Below are positions 28,595 through 38,700 of a stretch of DNA of 64,000 nucleotides, one piece after another. Source of the stretch: Verrucomicrobiota bacterium (lineage in GTDB: Bacteria > Verrucomicrobiota > Verrucomicrobiia > Limisphaerales > Palsa-1400); assembly GCA_049510745.1 (NCBI GenBank), contig JBEKYR010000024.1, forward strand, positions 1-64,000, read 5' to 3'. The notes beneath the pieces are model-generated. The model was given only the letters and a program-made list of their open reading frames with translations, was not told where the DNA came from and made no database searches. Made by a program: the position numbers and the translations under genes. Numbering within the stretch: position 1 is the stretch's first letter; every line of letters begins with the position of its first letter.

Positions 28595-30322
28595 TTACTG
28601 CGTCAGCGCACGGTAATAGCGATACGCGTACGCCGCGCCATCGGGGTCGGTAAAATCCAGGCTGCCAAAGGCCGGGGGGTTGGTGAAAATCGGCGTCCAG
28701 TTCATCAAATCGGTCGAAGCCTCAATGACGATGGCGCCCTGGCCGGCCAGATTTGTCAGGACGATGGATAATTGGCCGCCGCTGAAGGACAGAGCGCCGC
28801 CGCCGGTGGCGAAAGCAAGCGGCACGTTGGTCACGCTCAGGGTCACCACCGCGCTGGGCGTGGCGCCGTTGGCGTTGGTCAGAATGGCCTGGTAATACCC
28901 GGCGTTGGTGAGCTGCACGTTGGTCAGCGACAGGGTGTAATTGGTGGCGTTGGGAAGATTATTGTTGTCAAATTGCCATTGGCAGCCCGACGACCCGGTC
29001 GCGGCCAGCGTGAAACTGGCGTTGCCGTGCAGCGCAACCGCCTGGCTCACCGGCTGCGCCGTGATTTGCGGCGGCAATCCGATGCGGAAAAACGACCCCC
29101 AGCCGTTGGTGCCCCCGTAGTAGGCCGTCCCGTAAAAATTGCCGTCCGTGGCTTGCAGCAGTTCAATCGGAGCCGCGCCGTCCGTGTTGGTGGCCTCCAG
29201 GATGTCTTCCACGAAGTTGAAGGAATAAAGCGGGTTGAGCACGCCGCCCTGGGTGAATTGGAAAACCGTGCCCGAGCCGTTTTGCCCCCCGTCATAAGCG
29301 ACGCCGTAAAAATTCCCGTCCGCGCCCAGCACCAGGGTCCGCGGGCTGGCGCCGTCGTTATTGTAGTAGGGATAAGTCGAGGCCTGCGCGGTGAAGGAAT
29401 AAAGAGGCGTGAGAATTCCGTTGGTGGTGATTCTAAAAATCGTTCCGGTCCCGTTCGTGCCGCCCGCCGTGCAGGTCCCGTAGAGCTTGCCGTCATTGCC
29501 TTTGATCAGGGCCGCTTCGGGGGTGGCCCCGTCGATGCCGTTGGTAAACGAATAGATCGGCGTCACCTTCCCCGCCGCCGTGACCGCGAAGACGGTGCCG
29601 TAACCATTGGAACCGCCGGAGGTGGTGGTTCCATAAAGGATTCCATTGGCAGACTGCAGCAAGGAAGCCTTGGGCGTGGCGCCATCCACGCTGTTGGAAA
29701 AGGAGTAGAAAACGGTCATTTTCCCCTGGTGCGTGATTTGAAACACCGTTCCATAACCATTGGTGCCGCCGGCCTCGGCCGTGCCGTAGAAGTTTCCGTT
29801 GGTGCCAAGCACCAAGGCATAACTCGGCGTGGCGCCGTCCGCGTTGGTCAGCAGTGTTCCTTTCGGTTTCACTTTTGCGAACGAATATAACGAGTTGAAC
29901 GTTCCGTTGGAGCTGATGTTAAATATGGTCCCATAACCGTTGGTGCCGCCAATCTGCGCCGCCCCGTAAAACAAACCGTTGGTTCCCTGAACCAGCGCGG
30001 CAGACGGATTGGCGCCGTCGGTGCTGTACTTGAACGAGTAAAGCGGCTTCATCGCTCCGGACGTCTTGAGCTGGCAAATGGCGCCATACTCGTTCGTCCC
30101 TTCGTTGACCCCGCTCACGTAGAAATTTCCGTTGGTCCCTTGCATCAACCCGGCGGGGTTTCCGCCATCGCCCGCGCTTGGGACGCCGCTGAAGGCGTAC
30201 AAGACAGTCAGTGTTTGCGCCGGGGCGCCCAGCGCCGCCAGCCATAACGCAGCCGCCAACACCAGTCCTTGCTCGCCTGCGTTGCGGGAATCGGCCCATT
30301 TTCCTGTTCGATTAGTTTTCAT
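28595..30322 (-). CDS. Secreted protein with GloVer-type tandem repeats, Ig domain and C-terminal ASTxLxxW...YYRA domain
   Basis: Repeats of DGAxP...GxFYG...GGTNGYGTVF; PQITAQP Ig domain; signal peptide after MKTNRTG. Confidence 0.88.
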   Translation of the reverse strand: MKTNRTGKWADSRNAGEQGLVLAAALWLAALGAPAQTLTVLYAFSGVPSAGDGGNPAGLMQGTNGNFYVSGVNEGTNEYGAICQLKTSGAMKPLYSFKYSTDGANPSAALVQGTNGLFYGAAQIGGTNGYGTIFNISSNGTFNSLYSFAKVKPKGTLLTNADGATPSYALVLGTNGNFYGTAEAGGTNGYGTVFQITHQGKMTVFYSFSNSVDGATPKASLLQSANGILYGTTTSGGSNGYGTVFAVTAAGKVTPIYSFTNGIDGATPEAALIKGNDGKLYGTCTAGGTNGTGTIFRITTNGILTPLYSFTAQASTYPYYNNDGASPRTLVLGADGNFYGVAYDGGQNGSGTVFQFTQGGVLNPLYSFNFVEDILEATNTDGAAPIELLQATDGNFYGTAYYGGTNGWGSFFRIGLPPQITAQPVSQAVALHGNASFTLAATGSSGCQWQFDNNNLPNATNYTLSLTNVQLTNAGYYQAILTNANGATPSAVVTLSVTNVPLAFATGGGALSFSGGQLSIVLTNLAGQGAIVIEASTDLMNWTPIFTNPPAFGSLDFTDPDGAAYAYRYYRALTQ

Positions 30323-30563
30323 GGTAATAGCTCTCCACTGGCGGGGAGGATTTCCGAAAGGCCCTCTGCCCGCGCTTTGTTTCGGCTGAACAACGATTCC
30401 CGCAGCCCGTGCCCATACTCTTACCATACTTGCTCGGGCGTGTCGAGAAAAACTTCGCCGGCCCCCCGGCGCATCCCGGTGTTTTGGCAACCCCATAATC
30501 CATGGAGGGGGTGGACATGCCAAAGCTCACGTCGCTCGCGGTTGACGCTGCGCCCCCACAATG

Positions 30564-31661
30564 TTAGCGCGGGATCGCAGTCTGCAAACAGGCCGTCTCC
30601 GCAGGGGTGAGCGGGATGGTTTGGGGCCAGTACTCGTTTTTCATGCGCCGGGCGCCGTCGCCAACCACCAGATAAACCAGGTGGTGCTTCCGTGCTTCGT
30701 TGTGCCGGGCGCAGATCACATCCGTCTCGCTCCAACCGGTTGGAACGGCCACGGACGGGTACATCGCCAGAACGCCGCGGACGCCCTTCATGTCCCGCTT
30801 GTCCATCTCCGCGTAGTAGTGATCCTCGGCGTGGCGAGACCACGTTTCCGCGTACGGAAATTCCAGAGTCTTCCGCACAACCGTCCGGTCCCACCATGAC
30901 AACTCGACCATGTTCAAGGTCTGCCGCAAGCCTTCCTTTTGCAGCAGCCCGCGGGCGGTCTTGATAAAGGCGTGCATGCCGGCTGTCTCTGCGCCGTAAT
31001 CGCCCGCTATCGGGCCGAGGGTATCCCAATGGACGCCGTCGAAACCGAGTTGTTTTATCGGGCCGACCCAGCGTGAAACCATAAGCTTCGCCCAAGCGGT
31101 GTTGGCAAAGTAAGTCGGGAACCGGGGTTTCTCGACGCGGGGTGGGTGCCAGTGCCATTGGCCCTTGGCATCGCGCAATTTCCGTATATCCCGCCGGGGG
31201 TCTTCGAGGTCCTGCTCCTCCGCGCCGACGGCCTGCACATACGCCCAAGCCCGCCCACCCTGTCGATGCACCTCGTCGATGCTGACCTCTATTGTATGGC
31301 GGCTGATTGGGCTGCGGCGGAAATAGGGATCAGTCCAATCGGCGCCTCGCACCGGAGTGGAATAATCGGCAAACCAATCGTAAAATTGAAATTCGCGGAT
31401 GGCATACTCCCGAGCCATCGTGGCGATCCGGGCGCGGATGGCGGCTTCCGGTTGCGGTCCCAGAACGGCACTGGAGATGAAACCATATTCCCCTGCCAGA
31501 CCGTAAAACTCGGTGGCCGAGGGGGGTTGGTTGCCGGCGGGCGCGTCGGCGGCGTGCGCGAAAAGGTCCCCGGCGCCGACCATTGTTGCGCCGCGGGCCA
31601 TGACTTCAAGAAAACGGCGGCGATTCATCTGCCCGAATGCGAAGCGTCTTGTGGCGGACAC
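30564..31661 (-). CDS. Tat-exported glycoside hydrolase family 66-like protein (catalytic barrel only)
   Basis: RRRFL Tat motif; QFYDW and GFDGVHWDTLG motifs. Confidence 0.65.
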   Translation of the reverse strand: MSATRRFAFGQMNRRRFLEVMARGATMVGAGDLFAHAADAPAGNQPPSATEFYGLAGEYGFISSAVLGPQPEAAIRARIATMAREYAIREFQFYDWFADYSTPVRGADWTDPYFRRSPISRHTIEVSIDEVHRQGGRAWAYVQAVGAEEQDLEDPRRDIRKLRDAKGQWHWHPPRVEKPRFPTYFANTAWAKLMVSRWVGPIKQLGFDGVHWDTLGPIAGDYGAETAGMHAFIKTARGLLQKEGLRQTLNMVELSWWDRTVVRKTLEFPYAETWSRHAEDHYYAEMDKRDMKGVRGVLAMYPSVAVPTGWSETDVICARHNEARKHHLVYLVVGDGARRMKNEYWPQTIPLTPAETACLQTAIPR

Positions 31662-31793
31662 CTCGTTAAATCTTTCATGCTCAAAGTGGGGAAATTAAAT
31701 GGGTCTGGCAACGATATAATCCCGGATCCCCCTCGGGATTGTATATTTCGCAAACCATAGACTTGTTGACTGTGTTTGCATTTCGTGCCCGCT

Positions 31794-31919
31794 TTATTTC
31801 TTGTTTTTCTTCGGCGGTGGCGTGGCGAGCATTTTTCGCAGCACGTCCTCAACTTTCATCCCCGCCAGATTTAGCGGCGCGATCTTCTCGCGCACTCGCT
31901 TTTTACTTTTTCTTTTCAC
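31794..31919 (-). CDS. Small basic protein inside the IS, 41 aa (MKRKSKKRVREKIAPLNLAGMKVEDVLRKMLATPPPKKNKK)
   Basis: Translated by hand: GTG 31919 to TAA 31794, downstream of the transposase. Confidence 0.5.
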   Translation of the reverse strand: MKRKSKKRVREKIAPLNLAGMKVEDVLRKMLATPPPKKNKK

Positions 31920-31998
31920 GGATTCGCTTTCTTCCCCATCTGATCTTGGGTGGTTTGGCTTTTACCAGTCAATCGTAATGCCGTCTGCATCGGTTGAG

Positions 31999-32964
31999 TC
32001 AAACTACTTGGCGATATGTCAGGCGTTTGCCTTCAACGGATTCAATCGCCTTGACCATCCTCGCGCCGTCCGAAATGCCGCGTGTGTTCCACCGAAATTC
32101 AAATTCGCCCGCGTATTTCGGAAGGTGTTCACGGCTCACATGATGCCACGAACCCACAACCCCGCGCTTTAACAAGCTGAAAAAGCTTTCGCATCCGTTG
32201 ACCCCCGATTTTGTTCCGTCCGCATTTTGGCGGGTGTACTCAAAATTGCTGTGGTTCACAATATCGTGCCGGGCATAGTCCTTGAACCGGCCCCGGTAAA
32301 CCCCGGAGTCATCCGTGTTCAGGGTGGCCGATTTGGAAACAAAAGCGGTGATGATTTTCCGAAGATTTAACTGGGTGACATTCGGGACAACTTGTGTCCG
32401 CACGGCCCCACCGCGTTGAACCAGGGCAATGACCGGCGTTTTTCTCACGACCTTTGTTTTCATGTCGCCCTTGCCGCCAACGTAGGTTTCGTCACATTCC
32501 ACCGTGCCTGTGAGCGGCGGTGCGTCGGAATCATCCAACCCCATTGCAAAACGGATGCGATGCGTCATAAACCATGCGGTTTTATACGTGACTTTCAGCA
32601 TCCGGTGCATCTGGTGTGAACTGGTGGACTTCTTGCCGGAACACAGGATAAACACCGCCAGCAGCCATTTGCTGATCGGGATATGGCTGGCCTCAAAGAC
32701 CGTGCCAACGGTTACGGTAAACTGTTTCCTGCACGCTCCGCACTTGTAAACGCCCTTGCGGGCCGGGGCTTTGCTAGTGGCTTTTGGCTCAAGCCGATAA
32801 ATCGGCTTTGCCTTGCCGTCATTCTGGCAGTGAGGACACACCGGGCCATTGGGCCAGCGGAGCGATTCCAGCAATTCGCGCGCCTTGTCGTTGTCGCTGT
32901 ATTGCTGCGCAAGCTCAACCAGGTTTAGCTCGTTCGCATCCAATTCTGTTTGTTCTGTCTTCAT
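31999..32964 (-). CDS. IS1595-family DDE transposase
   Basis: RWPNGPVCPHC...YKCGACRKQFTV zinc ribbon; YKTAW; VECDETYVGG, TD, VNH, ESFFSLLKRG, EFEFRWN. Confidence 0.96.
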   Translation of the reverse strand: MKTEQTELDANELNLVELAQQYSDNDKARELLESLRWPNGPVCPHCQNDGKAKPIYRLEPKATSKAPARKGVYKCGACRKQFTVTVGTVFEASHIPISKWLLAVFILCSGKKSTSSHQMHRMLKVTYKTAWFMTHRIRFAMGLDDSDAPPLTGTVECDETYVGGKGDMKTKVVRKTPVIALVQRGGAVRTQVVPNVTQLNLRKIITAFVSKSATLNTDDSGVYRGRFKDYARHDIVNHSNFEYTRQNADGTKSGVNGCESFFSLLKRGVVGSWHHVSREHLPKYAGEFEFRWNTRGISDGARMVKAIESVEGKRLTYRQVV

Positions 32965-32978
32965 AAACCTTTATTTGT

Positions 32979-33899
32979 TTATTGCGACTTAAAACCCTCG
33001 AAGCTTGAAATTCCACTTTCGTTAAACATCTTTGCCAGTTTCTCAGCGGTTCTTGGTGTCGCTTTGGCGATGAAATCTTTCCATAGTTTCTTGACCTTAT
33101 CGCTCTCTTTGCTCAGGAGGCGCTCAATAGTTTTGTTCCGGCGCTCTTTTTCGGACTGCATTATTTTTTCGAGTTTATTAGACCATCGCGGCAGTTTGTT
33201 TACTGTCGAAATAATCACCAAACTAAGCCCGAAAGCACTAGGATGGATTGTCTGCGAATTGGGGTCTTTCATTTTTTCCGATGCGCCTAAATCATTGAGT
33301 ATCAGGCCAACCTTAGCTGGAGAGCTGCAATACGCATCATGCTTGCAGACGGTTTCTATAATATAGGCAGCAAGCGTAAAGCCCAGCCCCTTATCCATGT
33401 CTCGTTTTGTGTGTTCGCTCAACAGATAACTTCCAAGATTAGCACCACAGCCTATTGCAGAATACCAGGAAGTCTCTTTATCGCATCGCGCAACGGCCAG
33501 ATCGACAGTGAATATGTAAGGCCGACTATCGAAATAATATGCAAGCATGAGTTCAGACTGCAATTCATCTTTCCTGATTAAATCCTGTAATTCTGACATC
33601 GTACAATTGCAGTATTGCTCTTTGAGTTCGCGCTTCACCTGGATCATTGCAGAACGCGCCATTTCAGCAGGCATCCTATAATCGGTGATTTGTGTGGTTG
33701 TGGCTGTTTCTCGCAGCATTTCAATGGCGCGTGCAGAAGTTCCGGCATGGCCTGCTTGTGCAATTAAAACAGAGCGATCAGCGAATTTTATAGAAGTGAT
33801 TTTTTGGGCATCTGTGCGCTTCATTCCTTCGCGGGTGGTTTGGCTATCGCCCGCCAAAACAATCGCGTCTTTACAAATAAGACCAATAATTATTGTCAC
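32979..33899 (-). CDS. Proteasome-beta/Ntn-hydrolase-like protein (IS passenger)
   Basis: GTG start gives (M)TIIIGLICKDAIVLAGDSQTT with Thr1, Asp17, Lys32; AQAG and AIGCG motifs; low GC. Confidence 0.8.
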   Translation of the reverse strand: MTIIIGLICKDAIVLAGDSQTTREGMKRTDAQKITSIKFADRSVLIAQAGHAGTSARAIEMLRETATTTQITDYRMPAEMARSAMIQVKRELKEQYCNCTMSELQDLIRKDELQSELMLAYYFDSRPYIFTVDLAVARCDKETSWYSAIGCGANLGSYLLSEHTKRDMDKGLGFTLAAYIIETVCKHDAYCSSPAKVGLILNDLGASEKMKDPNSQTIHPSAFGLSLVIISTVNKLPRWSNKLEKIMQSEKERRNKTIERLLSKESDKVKKLWKDFIAKATPRTAEKLAKMFNESGISSFEGFKSQ

Positions 33900-34148
33900 G
33901 CGCGTCTTTCGTTTTGGTGATTCACGGAAGCTGTTCATGGTCAGAATGAAGAAATTATTTGGGTTTGGCAACTATATAATCCCGATCCCCCTTGTCACCA
34001 GTACTGGTGACTGGCGGCTTTTCCGGGATGAAGTAAGCTGTGGACAGTTGACGGGGCGAAATGCGGGTTTCCGTGTGTGTGTCAGCGTAATGTTCCGCGG
34101 CGCTGCCCTGGTTGACAAAACGATTTCAAAACGTTTGTTCTCAGTCAG

Positions 34149-34185
34149 AGAGGCCGGGCCAAAAACCCGGCCTCTTTGATTTTTT
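34149..34185 (+). terminator. Rho-independent terminator-like hairpin
   Basis: Perfect 10-bp stem AGAGGCCGGG/CCCGGCCTCT followed by TTGATTTTTT. Confidence 0.75.
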
Positions 34186-34374
34186 GCCGCCGGCGCCGAC
34201 GGCCTCTTTACCCGACTTTCGCAACCGGACGGGTTGATGTTTCATACCGCGAAGGGCTTAAAAACCAGCGGCAAATTCCCCCCGCCCAGCTTTCAATTTG
34301 TAATTGACACACTGCCGCTTGACGGGACGGCCCACCTTGCCCATCATGCCGCCGGGCACGCGCCCTTCTTTTAT

Positions 34375-35598
34375 ATGAGTCTCGATCAACTTTATTCAAA
34401 ATTGACAATCAAAACAAACGCCAAGCTGGCCTTGGTCGTCCTGGACGGTCTGGGCGACATCGCCACCAAGGAACAGGGCTTTCTGACCCCGCTGGAAGCC
34501 GCCCACACCCCCAACCTTGATGGCCTCTCCAAAATCGGGGCGCAGGGCCGCATGATCCCCGTCGCCCCGGGGATCACTCCCGGCAGCGGGCCGGGGCATT
34601 TGGGTTTATTCGGGTATGATCCCGTTGAATTCCAGGTTGGCCGCGGCGTCATTGAAGCCCTCGGCCTGGGCGTGGACCTCAAAGCCGGCGACGTCGCCGC
34701 GCGCGCCAATTTCTGCACGCTCGACGCCAGCGGCATTGTCACCGACCGCCGCGCCGGGCGGGTGGAAACCAAAATCACCGAGGAGCTTTGCGCCTTGCTC
34801 TCGCGCAAAGTCAAAACAATCGGCGACGCCGAGATCCTCATCAAACCCGGCACGGGCCATCGCTTTGTCGTCGTCTTCCGCGGGCCGGGGCTGGAAGGGC
34901 CGCTGAGCGACGCGGACCCGAATCGGGAAGGGCTGCCGGTGCCGGAAGTCCATCCGACCGATCCCGCCTCAGTCAAACAGAAGAAAACCGCCGCGCTGGT
35001 CGGGCAGTTCCAGCGGCAGGCCTTGCCGGTCATTGCCGGGAAAAAGCCGGCCAACGGCTTCCTCCTGCGCGGCATCGCCCATCAACCCGCCCTGCCCACC
35101 ATCGAGGAGCGCTACGGCTTGCGGCCCGCCTGCCTGGCCGTCTATCCCATGTACAAGGGCCTGGCGCAACTGGCTGGGATGACGAAGATCGAAGGGCCCA
35201 AAACCATCGCGGAGCAATTCCAGCGTTACCTGGCCGAGTACGACAACTTCAATTACTTCTTCATCCATTACAAATACACCGACATGTATGGCGAAGACGG
35301 GAATTTCGAGGCCAAGAAAAAGGCAATTGAGGCCTTTGACGCCGCCCTGCCCATCCTGCTGGAGAAGCGGCCGGACGTGCTGGCCATCACAGGCGATCAT
35401 TCCACGCCCTGCGCGGTCAAGGGCCATTCCTGGCATCCGCAGCCGGTGCTGCTGGTCTCGGCCTTAAGCGGCTGGGACAAATTGGATCGTTTCACCGAGA
35501 CCGGCGCCAACCTGGGTTCGCTGGGCGTGTTTGAATCCAAGTATTTGATCCGCCTCATGCAAGCCAACGCCCGGATGTTCGACAAATTCGGGGCCTGA
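34375..35598 (+). CDS. apgM: 2,3-bisphosphoglycerate-independent phosphoglycerate mutase (ApgM type)
   Basis: VLDGLGD, TPLEAA.TPNLD, PGSGPGH, GRGVIEALG, DRRAGR, TGDHSTP, GHSWHP. Confidence 0.93.
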   Translation: MSLDQLYSKLTIKTNAKLALVVLDGLGDIATKEQGFLTPLEAAHTPNLDGLSKIGAQGRMIPVAPGITPGSGPGHLGLFGYDPVEFQVGRGVIEALGLGVDLKAGDVAARANFCTLDASGIVTDRRAGRVETKITEELCALLSRKVKTIGDAEILIKPGTGHRFVVVFRGPGLEGPLSDADPNREGLPVPEVHPTDPASVKQKKTAALVGQFQRQALPVIAGKKPANGFLLRGIAHQPALPTIEERYGLRPACLAVYPMYKGLAQLAGMTKIEGPKTIAEQFQRYLAEYDNFNYFFIHYKYTDMYGEDGNFEAKKKAIEAFDAALPILLEKRPDVLAITGDHSTPCAVKGHSWHPQPVLLVSALSGWDKLDRFTETGANLGSLGVFESKYLIRLMQANARMFDKFGA

Positions 35599-35733
35599 GG
35601 CGGGGGGAGGCATCACGGGGCGCTGGGCGGAAATGGCGCCTCCAGACGCTTGAAAAACCAGGGCGGAGCCGGGCGTTTTCCAAGCATTTTGTGGTTGATT
35701 TTTCAGGAGGAAAACATACTCTCTTGAACCGTG

Positions 35734-38700
35734 ATGCCTGCCAAAACCTTTTTATTCCAATTGTTCGGTCGCTGCCGCGGTCCGCTTCATCGCTCTCCGT
35801 CGCGCGGCCTTGATTCACTCCTCCTGTTCGGTTGCCTGCTGTTTGCCGGGCCGCTTTACGGCTTCGACATCGTGGCTGACTTCAGCACCAATGCCAATCC
35901 CAACGGCGTCTGGAGCTACGGCTGGGAAACCAACGCCGGCGGCCCCTTCCAACTGATGGTGTCCAATCAAACTGCCGATTCGGGCTTGCTTGTCGGCTGG
36001 CAAAATGGCCTGACGCAGCCGAACTGGAGCGGTTTGCTCAAGTATTTTGGCACCAATGCCGACTCTCCCTCGAACCCGAATTATCCCGATGACCTGCATC
36101 TGGACCCCCAGTCCCACGCGGTCATGGTCCGCTTCACCGCCCCCAGCAACGGCACTTACCAGATTGACGGGCTGTTCCGCCTCGTTGACACCGGCACGCG
36201 CCCGCATGATCTCCTGATTCTCTCCAACTCCATCGCCACCAATTTTCACGTCCTGACCGCGTACGGCCAATTCGGCGCCCAATTCCCGTTCGCCTTCACC
36301 TCCGCGTTGAACCAGAACGACACCCTGGATTTTATGGCAAGCCTCAATGGGAACTTTGCCTATCTCTCAACCGGCCTGAAAGGGTCGATCACACCGGCCA
36401 ACGGCATCACCTACACCTGGACCGGTGCGGCTTCCGGCGATTGGTCCAATCCGGCCAATTGGACTCCCCAAAACACCCCCGGCGGATCGGACACCGTTCT
36501 CATCGGCACCGGCGGTTCCCCCATCGTGAGCAACGCCGCCAGTGTCGGCGCCGTTATCCTGAGCAGCGGCGCGACGTTGAACGCCCAGGCGGGCCTGACC
36601 ATCTCCAATCTGTTCAATTGGGACGGCGGCGGTGTTGCGGGCGCATTGACCATTGGCGCCAATGCCACGCTGAATTTGAACAGCCCCGCCACGAATACTC
36701 CCTACGGCCAGCTTTCCATGACCGGGGCAACGATCATCAACAATGGCACGGTGGTGTGGGATGGCGGCACTCTGGTGGCCGATTCCAACACGGTCGTGAT
36801 CAACAACGGCCTCTGGCTGGCCCAGATGGACGACCTGTTTTCCAATCCCAACGGCGGCAGCGCGGTTTTTGACAATTACGGCACGTTTGCCAAGTCGCCC
36901 ACAACGGGCGCCAGCACCTTTTCCGGCGTCGCTTTTAACAACGCCGGCGCGGTCACGGTCGGCAGCGGCGCGGTGAACTTCGGTTCCGGGGGCGTCTTTG
37001 GGGGAACGTTGCTGGCGACCAACGGCAGCACGATTTTGCTTTCCGGCGGCGGCGTGTTGAGCGGGGTTTTTACAGCGGCCCCCGGCTCCAGCGTGGTGCT
37101 CAACGGCGGGACCTTCACCAACGCCAAGGCCGCCTTCGCCGGCGGCGGCAGTTCTTACATGACCAACGGCATGCTGCTGTTGACCAACGATGTCAGCCCG
37201 AACCTCGTCCTGGCCGGCGGCTTGGTTTTTTTGGGGCCGCAATTCCAGGCCTCGGGCGCGATCACCAATTTGACCCTGGCGGGCGCGACGTTGACGGGCA
37301 CCAACACGGTGGCGGGAACGCTGGCCTGGCAGGGAGGCGAAATCGACGGGGTGCTGACCATTAACAACGGCGGAGTGCTTGATTTGAACGGATCGGCGAC
37401 CCTGGTCCAGACGGCCGCGTTGACCAACGCCGGGCAGATTTTCTGGCGCGGCTCCAGCGATTGGTATCTGTACAACCCCGGCAACGCCAGCGGCGGCTTG
37501 ATCAACAACCTCGCCGACGGTGTCATCGACGTGTTCTGCGACCAGACGATGTACAATCAGTCCGGGTCCCCGTGGATAGACAACAGCGGGATTTTCAGGA
37601 AATCGCAGGGGAGAGGCGTCACCAAGCTCAACGTGCTCTTTACCAACGCCGGCGTGGTCGAAGTGCTGAATGGCTCGCTGACTTTCAACCAGCCCGGCGA
37701 TTTCGGCGGCTCGTTTAGCGCGGCCAACGGGGCGGTCTTCAACTTCAACGGCGGCGGCGTCCTGAGCGGCTCGTTTTCGACCGGCTTCGGAGCGACCCTT
37801 AATCTGGCCGGCGGCGCGTTCTTCCCGACGTCCGGGGTTTCCTTCGGCGGAGTGGGGACCAACGAGCAAACCGGCGGGACACTGACGTTGTTGAACGATG
37901 TGATCCCGAATTTGATCGGGAACGGCGGCTCGGTGGAGTTGGCGCCGGGTTTTCAAAATGGTTCGATCAACAATCTCACCTTGAACAACCAGACACTCGA
38001 GGGGGCCAACACCGTCACCGGGACGTTGACCCTCGGTGGCGCCTCCACCGTCGCCGGGCCGTTGACGGTCGCGTCCAATGGAGTGCTGAATATCGACGGG
38101 AATTCTTATGCCCAGGCCAACCTGACCAACGCCGGAACGGTGAACTGGAACGCCGGCTATTTTCAGGTGCAGTACGGCAGCGGCATCTACAACCTCCAGG
38201 GAGCCGCCTTCAACATCAATCTGACGTCCGGCAATTATATGGACAACAATTACGGCTCGGAGTTCTTCAACAATGCCGGACTGCTCCAAAAATCCACCAA
38301 CAGCAGCAGCGTTACCATTTATCTGATCCTGACCAACAGCGGGACGGTGGATGTGCAAGGCGGCACTTTGGTTTTCGGCAACAGCCCCTCGTATCCGGCC
38401 CCGCTGCTCGGCGGCGTCTTCCTGGCGGAGACCAACGCCCAGATCAACTTCAACGGCGGCGGAGCGCTGACCGGCCTCTATAACGCAACCACGACCGGCG
38501 TCATCGAACTCACCGGCGGCGCGTTTACCTACGGCGCCATTCCGACCTTTGCCGGGGCGGGCCTCAGTGAGATGACGGGAGGCTCCCTGACGCTGGTCAG
38601 CAACGTCATTCCGAACCTGGGCATCCAGGGAGGAACCATTACTCTCGGCCCCTCCTTTCAGGGCGGCACGATCACCAACCTCAATCTCAACGGGGCCACC

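Larger units (their letters stand above)
31734..33984 (-). mobile_element. IS1595-family transporter IS (2,251 bp) with passenger gene
   Basis: TIRs CGGGATTGTATATTTCGCAAACC (31734-31756) and GGTTTGGCAACTATATAATCCCG (33962-33984), 19/23; 8-bp duplication ATCCCCCT at 31726-31733 and 33985-33992. Confidence 0.92.

Noticed and set aside
33900..33971. Extended N-terminus of the IS passenger gene given by the ORF track
   Set aside because: It begins inside the terminal repeat, and GTG 33899 places Thr at position 1 as expected for an Ntn hydrolase; a short propeptide from ATG 33938 cannot be excluded
35648..35685. Inverted repeat between apgM and the giant gene
   Set aside because: Long loop and AT-rich stem; cannot distinguish terminator, operator or chance
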